A stretch of DNA of 64,000 nt from Alphaproteobacteria bacterium (lineage in GTDB: Bacteria; Pseudomonadota; Alphaproteobacteria; Bin95), in contig CBDBGH010000003.1 of NCBI GenBank assembly GCA_965205265.1, positions 2,240,001-2,304,000 of the forward strand, read 5' to 3'. Position numbers and translations under genes: made by a program. Below are positions 1-8,862 of this stretch, in pieces. The notes below the pieces were generated by a model. The model did no database searches and was not told the origin of the DNA. It saw only the letters and a list, made by a program, of their open reading frames with translations. Each line of letters starts with the position of its first letter. Within the stretch, counting starts at the first letter, position 1.

Positions 1-1624
1 CCCGCGACGCTCGGTCCAGATCGTCGAGGCCGTGCGCGACGGCGGCAAGGTCCGACAGCGCATCGTCCGCCATGTCGGCGTGGCCATGGACGAGGACGAG
101 CTCGAGCGCCTGAGGCAGCTCGGCGAGTACGTCAAGGCGAAGCTGGAGGACGAGCGTCAGCCGGCATTGTTTGCGCCCGAGAAGATCGCTGAGCAGGCGA
201 TCCGTGTCGGCCGCCGGGGGGACGGCAAGGAGGAACTCCCGGTCGACCTCAAGCAGCTTGAAGAGGAGCAGCGCCTGATCACAGGCATCCACGAGGTCTA
301 TGGCGAGATCTACCGGCTGCTGGGCCTCGACGCGCTGCTGCCGCGCTCGCGCTACCGGGCCTCCCATGACGCGCTGTTCCATGTGGTGATGGCGCGGGTA
401 GCCAACCCCGACAGCAAGCGGGGCAGCGTGCGCCGGCTCGAGGAGGACTTCGGCGTGAGTCTTCCGCTCGAGAAGGTCTACCGGATGATGGATCAGCTCG
501 ACGCGACGGTGATCGAGCGACTGCGCACGCGCGTCGGCGAGGCGAGCCGGTCGCTGCTGCCGGAGCCGGTCGCGATCCTCTTCTTCGATTGCACCACGCT
601 CTACTTCGAGACGGCCGCCGAGGACGAGCTTCGCCAGCACGGCTTCAGCAAGGACGGCAAACACAAGGACTCGCAGGTTCTGCTGGCGCTGATGGTGACG
701 CGCGAAGGGCTGCCGATCAGCTACGAGGTCTTCCCCGGCGCCACCTACGAGGGACACAGCATGGTCCCGGTCCTGCAGGACATGCAGCGCCGCCACCAGG
801 TGGAGCGCACGGTATGCGTGGCCGACCGGGGCATGCTGAGCGCCGACAACCTCGACGCCATGGACGCCATCGGCGGCGAGTATGTCGTCGGCGCGCGGCT
901 GCGCAAGCTGCCGCTCGCGCTGCTGGGGCAGGTTCTCGACCCCGGGACCTATGCCCCGCTGGAGGGCTCACAGGACCGCCGGGTCGGCGAGTGGGAGTAC
1001 AAGGGCCGTCGCCTGATCGTCGTCTTCTGCCCCCAGCGCGCACGCAAGGACGCGCACGAGCGCCGCCATCAGGTGGAACGCCTGCTCGACAGGCTGGCCC
1101 GCAGCGACAATCCCAGGGAACTGCTCTCCAATCACGGGGCGAAGCGCTTCATCGCCGTCGAGGGCGACGCACGGCTCACGGTGAACCCGGAGAAGATCGC
1201 CGAGGCCGCACGATGGGACGGGCTCACCGGCGTCATCACCAATCTGCGCGACGCGCGCGTCACCGAAGTGATGGCTCACTACCAGGGGCTCTGGCAGGTC
1301 GAGGAGAGCTTCCGGATCACCAAACACGACCTGAAGATACGTCCCATCTGGCACTGGAACCCGGACCGGATCCGCGCTCACATCGCCATCGCCTTCCTGG
1401 CCTTCGCCTGCGTTCGACACCTTGCGTACCGCGTCGCCATCCAGAAGCGGCGGATGTCCCCGGAGGTCATCCGCTCCGCCCTCGTCCACCGCCAGTGCTC
1501 CCTGCTGCGCTGTCGGCAATCGGGCAACCGCTACGTCATCCCCTCGAAGCCGACACCGGCGGCGGAGCAGATTTACGCAACCATGGGGCTGCCCCTGACG
1601 ATCACCCCGTATCAACTCGCCTGA
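1..1624 (+). CDS. IS1634-family DDE transposase (5' end cut by window edge)
   Basis: Same protein as 1951-3606; motifs FFDCTT, VADRGM, YxxxWQVEESFRxxK. Confidence 0.93.
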   Translation, partial: PRRSVQIVEAVRDGGKVRQRIVRHVGVAMDEDELERLRQLGEYVKAKLEDERQPALFAPEKIAEQAIRVGRRGDGKEELPVDLKQLEEEQRLITGIHEVYGEIYRLLGLDALLPRSRYRASHDALFHVVMARVANPDSKRGSVRRLEEDFGVSLPLEKVYRMMDQLDATVIERLRTRVGEASRSLLPEPVAILFFDCTTLYFETAAEDELRQHGFSKDGKHKDSQVLLALMVTREGLPISYEVFPGATYEGHSMVPVLQDMQRRHQVERTVCVADRGMLSADNLDAMDAIGGEYVVGARLRKLPLALLGQVLDPGTYAPLEGSQDRRVGEWEYKGRRLIVVFCPQRARKDAHERRHQVERLLDRLARSDNPRELLSNHGAKRFIAVEGDARLTVNPEKIAEAARWDGLTGVITNLRDARVTEVMAHYQGLWQVEESFRITKHDLKIRPIWHWNPDRIRAHIAIAFLAFACVRHLAYRVAIQKRRMSPEVIRSALVHRQCSLLRCRQSGNRYVIPSKPTPAAEQIYATMGLPLTITPYQLA

Positions 1625-1727
1625 CCGTCGACGAAGCACGGCTCGAAGAAATGCCGGATGTAGTGCCTAGCCGAAATGAGAACCAGGCAATATCAACTAC
1701 TTATGCGAATCAACCGTCGAAGTCAGG
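1..1727 (+). mobile_element. IS1634-family element, copy 1 (left end outside window)
   Basis: Reads identically to copy 2; ends in right IR CAACCGTCGAAGTCAGG at 1711-1727. Confidence 0.93.
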
Positions 1728-1793
1728 ATACGTTCGCGACAGAATCCTTCGGCAAACCCGTCATTCCCGCGGTCAACAGCACGTTCCCCGGCG
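1728..1793 (-). pseudogene. 66-bp internal fragment of the PemK/MazF toxin gene trapped between two IS copies
   Basis: Minus strand encodes APGNVLLTAGMTGLPKDSVANV, continuing the frame of 3705-3929. Confidence 0.9.
1743..1793 (+). repeat. 51-bp target-site duplication of IS copy 2 (partner at 3710-3760)
   Basis: AATCCTTCGG...TTCCCCGGCG occurs exactly on both sides of the element; 53 bp if the shared terminal G and C are counted. Confidence 0.95.
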
Positions 1794-3709
1794 CCTGACT
1801 TCGACGGTTGGGCTGACTTCTGACCGATCTCGCGTCTGGAGTTTTCAGTAAAGCCAATGAGTTGGCAGTTGCGGTGCGGTCAAGCTGCGTTGTAGTGCCT
1901 AGTAAATCTTTGAGACTGTCAATGCCTCCGCCACGCGCTACACTCCCCCCATGTTCGTGCGCATCAAGACCTCCCCCAACAGCCCGCGACGCTCGGTCCA
2001 GATCGTCGAGGCCGTGCGCGACGGCGGCAAGGTCCGACAGCGCATCGTCCGCCATGTCGGCGTGGCCATGGACGAGGACGAGCTCGAGCGCCTGAGGCAG
2101 CTCGGCGAGTACGTCAAGGCGAAGCTGGAGGACGAGCGTCAGCCGGCATTGTTTGCGCCCGAGAAGATCGCTGAGCAGGCGATCCGTGTCGGCCGCCGGG
2201 GGGACGGCAAGGAGGAACTCCCGGTCGACCTCAAGCAGCTTGAAGAGGAGCAGCGCCTGATCACAGGCATCCACGAGGTCTATGGCGAGATCTACCGGCT
2301 GCTGGGCCTCGACGCGCTGCTGCCGCGCTCGCGCTACCGGGCCTCCCATGACGCGCTGTTCCATGTGGTGATGGCGCGGGTAGCCAACCCCGACAGCAAG
2401 CGGGGCAGCGTGCGCCGGCTCGAGGAGGACTTCGGCGTGAGTCTTCCGCTCGAGAAGGTCTACCGGATGATGGATCAGCTCGACGCGACGGTGATCGAGC
2501 GACTGCGCACGCGCGTCGGCGAGGCGAGCCGGTCGCTGCTGCCGGAGCCGGTCGCGATCCTCTTCTTCGATTGCACCACGCTCTACTTCGAGACGGCCGC
2601 CGAGGACGAGCTTCGCCAGCACGGCTTCAGCAAGGACGGCAAACACAAGGACTCGCAGGTTCTGCTGGCGCTGATGGTGACGCGCGAAGGGCTGCCGATC
2701 AGCTACGAGGTCTTCCCCGGCGCCACCTACGAGGGACACAGCATGGTCCCGGTCCTGCAGGACATGCAGCGCCGCCACCAGGTGGAGCGCACGGTATGCG
2801 TGGCCGACCGGGGCATGCTGAGCGCCGACAACCTCGACGCCATGGACGCCATCGGCGGCGAGTATGTCGTCGGCGCGCGGCTGCGCAAGCTGCCGCTCGC
2901 GCTGCTGGGGCAGGTTCTCGACCCCGGGACCTATGCCCCGCTGGAGGGCTCACAGGACCGCCGGGTCGGCGAGTGGGAGTACAAGGGCCGTCGCCTGATC
3001 GTCGTCTTCTGCCCCCAGCGCGCACGCAAGGACGCGCACGAGCGCCGCCATCAGGTGGAACGCCTGCTCGACAGGCTGGCCCGCAGCGACAATCCCAGGG
3101 AACTGCTCTCCAATCACGGGGCGAAGCGCTTCATCGCCGTCGAGGGCGACGCACGGCTCACGGTGAACCCGGAGAAGATCGCCGAGGCCGCACGATGGGA
3201 CGGGCTCACCGGCGTCATCACCAATCTGCGCGACGCGCGCGTCACCGAAGTGATGGCTCACTACCAGGGGCTCTGGCAGGTCGAGGAGAGCTTCCGGATC
3301 ACCAAACACGACCTGAAGATACGTCCCATCTGGCACTGGAACCCGGACCGGATCCGCGCTCACATCGCCATCGCCTTCCTGGCCTTCGCCTGCGTTCGAC
3401 ACCTTGCGTACCGCGTCGCCATCCAGAAGCGGCGGATGTCCCCGGAGGTCATCCGCTCCGCCCTCGTCCACCGCCAGTGCTCCCTGCTGCGCTGTCGGCA
3501 ATCGGGCAACCGCTACGTCATCCCCTCGAAGCCGACACCGGCGGCGGAGCAGATTTACGCAACCATGGGGCTGCCCCTGACGATCACCCCGTATCAACTC
3601 GCCTGACCGTCGACGAAGCACGGCTCGAAGAAATGCCGGATGTAGTGCCTAGCCGAAATGAGAACCAGGCAATATCAACTACTTATGCGAATCAACCGTC
3701 GAAGTCAGG
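1794..3709 (+). mobile_element. IS1634-family element, copy 2, complete (1916 bp)
   Basis: Perfect 17-bp terminal IRs CCTGACTTCGACGGTTG (1794-1810 and 3693-3709), single transposase, long flanking direct repeat. Confidence 0.96.
1951..3606 (+). CDS. IS1634-family DDE transposase, 551 aa
   Basis: N-terminus MFVRIKTSPNSPRRSVQIVEAVRDGGKVRQRIV, GFSKDGKH motif, DDE triad with YREK-like motif. Confidence 0.95.
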   Translation: MFVRIKTSPNSPRRSVQIVEAVRDGGKVRQRIVRHVGVAMDEDELERLRQLGEYVKAKLEDERQPALFAPEKIAEQAIRVGRRGDGKEELPVDLKQLEEEQRLITGIHEVYGEIYRLLGLDALLPRSRYRASHDALFHVVMARVANPDSKRGSVRRLEEDFGVSLPLEKVYRMMDQLDATVIERLRTRVGEASRSLLPEPVAILFFDCTTLYFETAAEDELRQHGFSKDGKHKDSQVLLALMVTREGLPISYEVFPGATYEGHSMVPVLQDMQRRHQVERTVCVADRGMLSADNLDAMDAIGGEYVVGARLRKLPLALLGQVLDPGTYAPLEGSQDRRVGEWEYKGRRLIVVFCPQRARKDAHERRHQVERLLDRLARSDNPRELLSNHGAKRFIAVEGDARLTVNPEKIAEAARWDGLTGVITNLRDARVTEVMAHYQGLWQVEESFRITKHDLKIRPIWHWNPDRIRAHIAIAFLAFACVRHLAYRVAIQKRRMSPEVIRSALVHRQCSLLRCRQSGNRYVIPSKPTPAAEQIYATMGLPLTITPYQLA

Positions 3710-3929
3710 AATCCTTCGGCAAACCCGTCATTCCCGCGGTCAACAGCACGTTCCCCGGCGCGTCGGCCCACCGCAGATTGCTTGTGAGCGGCACGCAGAC
3801 TGCCGTGGCCAGCCGGCTTCGATTCAGGGCATCCCCCTGGACGATGACGACCGGCCGCCGGAATCCCGGTCCCGAACCTGCGGGCTCAGGCAATTCGGCC
3901 CAGCACACGTCACCCTGGGAGATCACCAT
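3705..3929 (-). pseudogene. PemK/MazF-family toxin truncated by IS1634 insertion
   Basis: ISQGDVCWAELPEPAGSGPGFRRPVVIVQGDALNRS is the PemK/MazF N-terminus; the stop codon is supplied by the IS end. Confidence 0.9.
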
Positions 3930-4159
3930 TCGACGCGATCGAACACCTGCCGGCCCGCCGCGTTGAGGAAGGCGTCATCGGCCTCGCCAACCTCGTCGCA
4001 TACGCGGTTCATCGTGTCGGTGATCTCCTCACGCGCATGGCGCGCAAGATATTCGTCGAGCGCCGCCGCATACACTTCGCTTCGCGATTTCCGCTCTTGC
4101 AAAACCAGGCGTTCGGCGCGTTCGAAAATGTCGTCGGGAATCGATACTGCTGTTTTCAT
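3923..4159 (-). CDS. Ribbon-helix-helix antitoxin (ChpI/MazE-like)
   Basis: MKTAVSIPDDIFERAERL...SRSEVYAAAL RHH pattern; overlaps the toxin start. Confidence 0.88.
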   Translation of the reverse strand: MKTAVSIPDDIFERAERLVLQERKSRSEVYAAALDEYLARHAREEITDTMNRVCDEVGEADDAFLNAAGRQVFDRVEW

Positions 4160-4283
4160 ACCGATAGTATAACCGCTTCATCCGGCCGGCGGTCAAATGG
4201 CTCCGCGCATGAAGTTCTCTTCGGCGAGCGGCTGCACTATCCTGCTCCCGGAGGGGCATCGGGGAAGAGAGGGAACGCGGTCC

Positions 4284-5168
4284 ATGGAACTCGGATATGT
4301 CGGCCTCGGCAATATGGGCGGGGCGCTGGCGCGCCGGCTGCTGGTCGGCCGCGGGCTCAGGGCCTTCGACCTGCGCCCGGAGGCCGTGCAGGACATGGCG
4401 GCGGCGGGCGCGCAGCCGGCGCAGAGCCTGGACGCGCTCGGCCGGTCCTGCGATGCGGTGCTGCTCTGCCTGCCGACCTCGAACGAGGTGCGCGAGGCGA
4501 TCTTCGGCGAGGGCGGGCTGGCCGCGGGCATGGCGCCGGGCGGCATCATCGTGGACCAGACGACCGGCGACCCGAGTGCCACCCGCGCCATGGCCGCGGA
4601 ACTGGCGGAGCGCGGGCTGGAGCTGATCGACGCGCCGGTCTCCGGCGGCCCGCACGGCGCGCTCGCCGGCACCATCGCGATCATGGCCGGCGGCACGGAG
4701 GCACAATTCGCCCGCATGCGCGCCACTTTCGAGGCGATCAGCCCGAATGTCTTCCATTGCGGCGATGTCGGCGCGGGCCACGCGATGAAGCTCGTCAACA
4801 ATGTCATCGCCGCGAGCGTGCGCGCCGCCACCTTCGAAGCGGTGGCGATGGGCGTGAAGAACGGCCTCAGCCTCGCCGCCTGCGCCGAGGTGCTGCACAA
4901 GGGCTCCGCGCGCAGCTACACGACGGAATTCACCCTGCCGCGCCTCGTGGACGGGTCCGGCAAGTCCAATTTCGCGCTGGAGCTCATGCTGAAGGACGTG
5001 CGCCTCGCCACCCAGCTCGGCGCGGACAGCGGCGCGCCGATGTTCATGGCCAATGTGGCGCGCAACCTGTTCCAGCAGGCCGTGAACGAGCATGGCGGCG
5101 CCGAAGACGTGAACGCGCTGATCCACACCGTGGAGCGCAACGCCGATGTAAAGGTCGTCGGCGGCTGA
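4284..5168 (+). CDS. NAD(P)-dependent oxidoreductase, 3-hydroxyisobutyrate dehydrogenase family
   Basis: GYVGLGNMG Rossmann motif, DAPVSGG, MKLVNN catalytic Lys motif. Confidence 0.9.
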   Translation: MELGYVGLGNMGGALARRLLVGRGLRAFDLRPEAVQDMAAAGAQPAQSLDALGRSCDAVLLCLPTSNEVREAIFGEGGLAAGMAPGGIIVDQTTGDPSATRAMAAELAERGLELIDAPVSGGPHGALAGTIAIMAGGTEAQFARMRATFEAISPNVFHCGDVGAGHAMKLVNNVIAASVRAATFEAVAMGVKNGLSLAACAEVLHKGSARSYTTEFTLPRLVDGSGKSNFALELMLKDVRLATQLGADSGAPMFMANVARNLFQQAVNEHGGAEDVNALIHTVERNADVKVVGG

Positions 5169-5199
5169 CCCCGGACCGGACAAGGAGAGGAAAACGAGA

Positions 5200-5517
5200 A
5201 TGGCTCTCTACGAATTACGGACCTACACGCTCTATGTCGGCAAGATGGGCGAGGCGGTGGAGGTCTATTCCCAATACGGATGGCCGGCGCTGGAGCCGCA
5301 CAGCGACAAGCTGGTGGGCTATTTCCAGTCCGATGCGGGCGCGCTGAACCAGCTCGTCCATCTCTGGAAGTTCGACGACGACGCCGACCGCCGCCGGCAC
5401 TGGGCGGCGCTCTATGCGGACGATGCCTTCAGGACTTTCGCCGGCAAGATCCGCCCGCTCATCATGTCGCAGCAGAACCAGCTCCTCCTCGCCGCCCCCT
5501 GGGGCCCACACCCCTGA
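5200..5517 (+). CDS. NIPSNAP-family protein
   Basis: YELRTYTL...LNQLVHLW; good RBS (GGAGAGGA). Confidence 0.88.
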   Translation: MALYELRTYTLYVGKMGEAVEVYSQYGWPALEPHSDKLVGYFQSDAGALNQLVHLWKFDDDADRRRHWAALYADDAFRTFAGKIRPLIMSQQNQLLLAAPWGPHP

Positions 5518-5625
5518 GGATTGAGAGATAACAGGAGGGACCGTTGTGGCGAGCGGAGAACAGCTAAGCCAGCCTGAAATGACGGCTGCACTTGCCGATC
5601 TGGAAGCCCGGTTATCGAGGAGGCT

Positions 5626-5817
5626 CTATTCGGCCGCGGCGGTCTTCGCCGGACTGACGGTCGCACTGGAATTCTTTCCCTGACCAGTCCGGTGCTCTTC
5701 GCGAAAACGTCTTGTCTCCTCGACAGCGAGGTTCATCGCCTCAGCTTCACTCAAGCCGGACACTTTTCGCGCCCGAGCAGCGATTTCGCGGGAGGAGTTA
5801 ATGTTGTCTCCGCTCAC
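5626..5817 (-). CDS. Small hypothetical protein, possibly an orphan antitoxin fragment
   Basis: GTG start overlaps the hemB stop; helical LSEAEAMNLAVEET segment; lower GC than neighbours. Confidence 0.35.
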   Translation of the reverse strand: MSGDNINSSREIAARARKVSGLSEAEAMNLAVEETRRFREEHRTGQGKNSSATVSPAKTAAAE

Positions 5818-6860
5818 TTCTCATCCAACAGACGGCACGCCTCCATGGCCGCGTAGGTGAGGATGGCGTCGGCGCCGGCGCGCTTGAAGGCCATCAGGCT
5901 CTCCATGAGCACGAGGTCGTAGTCGAGCCAGCCGCGCTCGCCGGCCGCCTTCAGCATCGAATATTCGCCAGAGACATTGTAGGCCACGGTCGGCACGCCG
6001 AAGCGCTCCTTCACCCGGCGGATGACATCCAGATAGGGCAGGCCAGGCTTGACCATCACCATGTCGGCGCCTTCGGCGAGGTCGGCCGCGATTTCGCGGA
6101 GCGCTTCCTCGGTGTTCGCCGGGTCCATCTGGTAGGTCTTCTTGTCGGCCGCGCCGAGCGCGCCGGCGGAGCCGACCGCATCCCGGAAGGGCCCGTAAAA
6201 AGCCGAGGCGTATTTCGCCGAATAGGCGAGGATCGAGGCGTCCTCGCGCCCTGCCGCGTCGAGCGTGTCGCGGATGGCGCCCACGCGCCCGTCCATCATG
6301 TCGGAAGGCGCGATCATGTCGCAGCCAGCCTCGACCTGCACCCGCGCCTGCTCGCAGAGCGCATGCACCGTCTCGTCGTTCAGAATCTGCCCGTCGCGCA
6401 CGATGCCGTCCTGGCCGTGGGTGGTGAACGGGTCGAGCGCCACATCGCACACCACGCCCATCTCCGGCACGGCCGCCTTCACCGCCCGGATCGCCCGGCA
6501 GACGATGTTCTCCGGGTCGAGCGCATGTTCGCCGTCATGCGTCTTCAGCGCCGGATCGACATAGGGGAAGAGCGCTACAGCCGGAATGCCGGCGTCCTGC
6601 GCTTCCCGGACCCGCTCGACCAGCAGCTCCACCGACCAGCGGCACACGCCCGGCATGGAGGGCACAGGCTGCGACACGCCCTCGCCGTCCACCACGAAGA
6701 GCGGCCAGATGAAATCCTGCGGGCCCAGGCGGCTCTCGGCGACCAGGGCGCGCGTCCAACCGGCGCGGCGGTTGCGCCTTGCGCGCAGGCGCGGATACGC
6801 CCCAAGCGGACGCCCCGGCGCGGCATAGCGCGGCAGTTCGGTTTCACGGTCCCTCGGCAT
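5814..6860 (-). CDS. hemB: Porphobilinogen synthase (ALA dehydratase)
   Basis: DVALDPFTTHGQDG, APSDMMDGR, KYASAFYGPFRDA, MVMVKPG; start codon uncertain. Confidence 0.96.
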   Translation of the reverse strand: MPRDRETELPRYAAPGRPLGAYPRLRARRNRRAGWTRALVAESRLGPQDFIWPLFVVDGEGVSQPVPSMPGVCRWSVELLVERVREAQDAGIPAVALFPYVDPALKTHDGEHALDPENIVCRAIRAVKAAVPEMGVVCDVALDPFTTHGQDGIVRDGQILNDETVHALCEQARVQVEAGCDMIAPSDMMDGRVGAIRDTLDAAGREDASILAYSAKYASAFYGPFRDAVGSAGALGAADKKTYQMDPANTEEALREIAADLAEGADMVMVKPGLPYLDVIRRVKERFGVPTVAYNVSGEYSMLKAAGERGWLDYDLVLMESLMAFKRAGADAILTYAAMEACRLLDEK

Positions 6861-7011
6861 GGTCTGCTCCCCCATGCGGCAAGAGCGCCAATACGCCATG
6901 CCCGCCGCCGCCGGTCAACGCTGCGAAAGCGCGCGGCCCGCAGCCGGCGGCTTGACCCCGGCCGGCCCTGCGTTTCATCTTGGCCGTTCCGGCCAGCATG
7001 GGAGGCGCGTC

Positions 7012-7611
7012 ATGTCGGGGCTTCGGACCATCCCCGCGCGGAGCGGCAAGGCGGCGTTCGTGCGCAAGGGGCAGAAGGTGAAGGTCGTCAACACGCATGG
7101 CGAGCAGGTGGTGGACACCTGGGCCTTCGCGCGCCACGACCTGCGCGAGTTCATGTCGATGGAGCACACCCGCGCGACGCTCACCAAGATGCGCCCGGAG
7201 GTCGGCGACGCGCTCTACAGCAATCGCCGCCGGCCGATCCTCACCCTCGTCGAGGACACCTCGCCCGGCGTCCACGACACGCTGATGGCGGCCTGCGACA
7301 ACTACCGCTACGGCCTGCTCGGCTGCACGGAATACCACGACAATTGCACGGACAACCTCGCCGCCGCCCTCTACGAACTCGGCCTGACGCCGCCGGAAAC
7401 GCCCTCGCCGCTCAACCTCTTCATGAACATTCCCTGGGAGGAAGGCGGCGGCCTCGCCTTCGCCGCGCCGGTGACGAAACCGGGCGACCATGTGCTGTTC
7501 GAGGCCAATCTGGATGTCGTCGTCGCCTTCTCCGCCTGTCCGCAGGACATCCTGCCGATCAACGGCGTGGGACGCGAGCCGACGGAAGCTCATTTCGAGA
7601 TTCTGGACTGA
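7012..7611 (+). CDS. Urea carboxylase-associated family protein (DUF1989)
   Basis: GEQVVD, HDTLMAAC, NCTDNL, LNLFMNIP, SACPQD; GGAGG RBS. Confidence 0.88.
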   Translation: MSGLRTIPARSGKAAFVRKGQKVKVVNTHGEQVVDTWAFARHDLREFMSMEHTRATLTKMRPEVGDALYSNRRRPILTLVEDTSPGVHDTLMAACDNYRYGLLGCTEYHDNCTDNLAAALYELGLTPPETPSPLNLFMNIPWEEGGGLAFAAPVTKPGDHVLFEANLDVVVAFSACPQDILPINGVGREPTEAHFEILD

Positions 7612-7617
7612 CGCCTT

Positions 7618-8799
7618 TCAATCCAGCTGCAACACCATCGCCTTGAGATAGGCGGATTCGGGCAGCATGGGATGCACCGGATGGTCGGGGGCAGCCCCGG
7701 CCGTGCGCAGCACGCGGCCCGTCCGCCCGGCCTGCGCCAGTCCCCGCGCGACCTCCAGCGCGAACGCCTCCGGCGCCACATTGTGCGAGCAGGAGGCGGC
7801 GAGCAGGAAACCGCCCGGCGCCACCAGACACGCGGCGAGGCGGGCCAGCTTGCGGTAGCCGCGCAACCCCGCGCCCAGGTCCTTGCGCGAGCGCACGAAG
7901 GCCGGCGGGTCGGCGATGACGAGGCCGAAGCTCTCCGGCTCCGCCGCTTCCAGATAGGCAAAGGCATCGGCGCGCTCGGTCCGGACCCGTTCGCCGACGC
8001 CGTTCAGCTCCGCCGCGCGGGCGGCGAGCTCCAGCGCGGGCCGGGATCGGTCCACCATCACGACCTCACGCGCGCCCGCCAGCGCCGCCCTTGCGCCGAA
8101 GCCGCCGAGATAGGCGTAGAGGTCCAGCACCCGCGCGCCGTCGGCGAGGCCCGCCGCGAAGGCGCGGTTGTCGCGCTGGTCGTAGAACCAGCCGGTCTTC
8201 TGCCCGCCGAGCGGGTCGCAGAGGAAACGGCAGCCGCCCTCGACCAGATCGACCGGCCCGGAGACTTCGCCGAAGACGAGCCGGGTCTCCGTCTCCAGCC
8301 CCTCCAGGCCGCGCTGGGCGCTGTCATTGCGGAAGACCAGCGCCTCCGGTTGCAGTGTCTCGCGCAGCGCCTCGACCAGCGGCGCCTCGAGCCGGGCCAT
8401 GCCGGCGCTGTTGAGCTGCGCCACCGCCACGGGGCCGAAGAGATCGACGATAAGGCCGGGCAGCCCGTCCGCCTCGGCATGGACGGCCCGGCACCAGGGC
8501 GCGAGGCCGAGCCGCTGCCTCAGCGCAAGCGCGGCCCGCAGCCGTTCCGCGAGCCACTCCGGACCGATCTCCCGTTCCGGATCCGGGTCGAGGCGGCGGA
8601 CCGCTGCGAGCGCGCGGGGATTGAACACCGCCGCGCCTAGCGCCCGGCCGTCGGCGCTCTCCAAGCGTACCAGCGTTCCGGGCGGCAGTGCGCGCGCCTC
8701 CGCCGACATCGCGATTTCGTTGGCATAGGCCCAAGGGTGCCCCGCCCGGAGGCGCTTCTGCCGGCCGGGCAGGAGCCGGACGACGGGTCGCGGTTCCAT
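7618..8799 (-). CDS. SAM-dependent rRNA m5C methyltransferase, RlmI family
   Basis: GHPW PUA start, GQKTGWFYDQRDNR, VLDLY, DPPAF, SCS. Confidence 0.9.
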   Translation of the reverse strand: MEPRPVVRLLPGRQKRLRAGHPWAYANEIAMSAEARALPPGTLVRLESADGRALGAAVFNPRALAAVRRLDPDPEREIGPEWLAERLRAALALRQRLGLAPWCRAVHAEADGLPGLIVDLFGPVAVAQLNSAGMARLEAPLVEALRETLQPEALVFRNDSAQRGLEGLETETRLVFGEVSGPVDLVEGGCRFLCDPLGGQKTGWFYDQRDNRAFAAGLADGARVLDLYAYLGGFGARAALAGAREVVMVDRSRPALELAARAAELNGVGERVRTERADAFAYLEAAEPESFGLVIADPPAFVRSRKDLGAGLRGYRKLARLAACLVAPGGFLLAASCSHNVAPEAFALEVARGLAQAGRTGRVLRTAGAAPDHPVHPMLPESAYLKAMVLQLD

Positions 8800-8862
8800 A
8801 AGCGGCGAGAGTCCCACATCCCCGCTTGCCGGGCCAGACGCTTTGGGGAATCTTCCGGCGCC

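Noticed and set aside
1-3709. Tandem IS copies as an assembly artefact
   Set aside because: The spacer has 15 bp of in-frame toxin sequence not present next to copy 2's right end, and copy 2 has its own exact duplication. Long reads are still needed for proof.
589-4172. Long alternative-frame and antisense ORFs over the IS1634 transposases (also 27629-29883)
   Set aside because: Arg/Pro/Gly-rich shadow ORFs expected in high-GC DNA; they run through the IS ends into different flanks and show no domain motifs.
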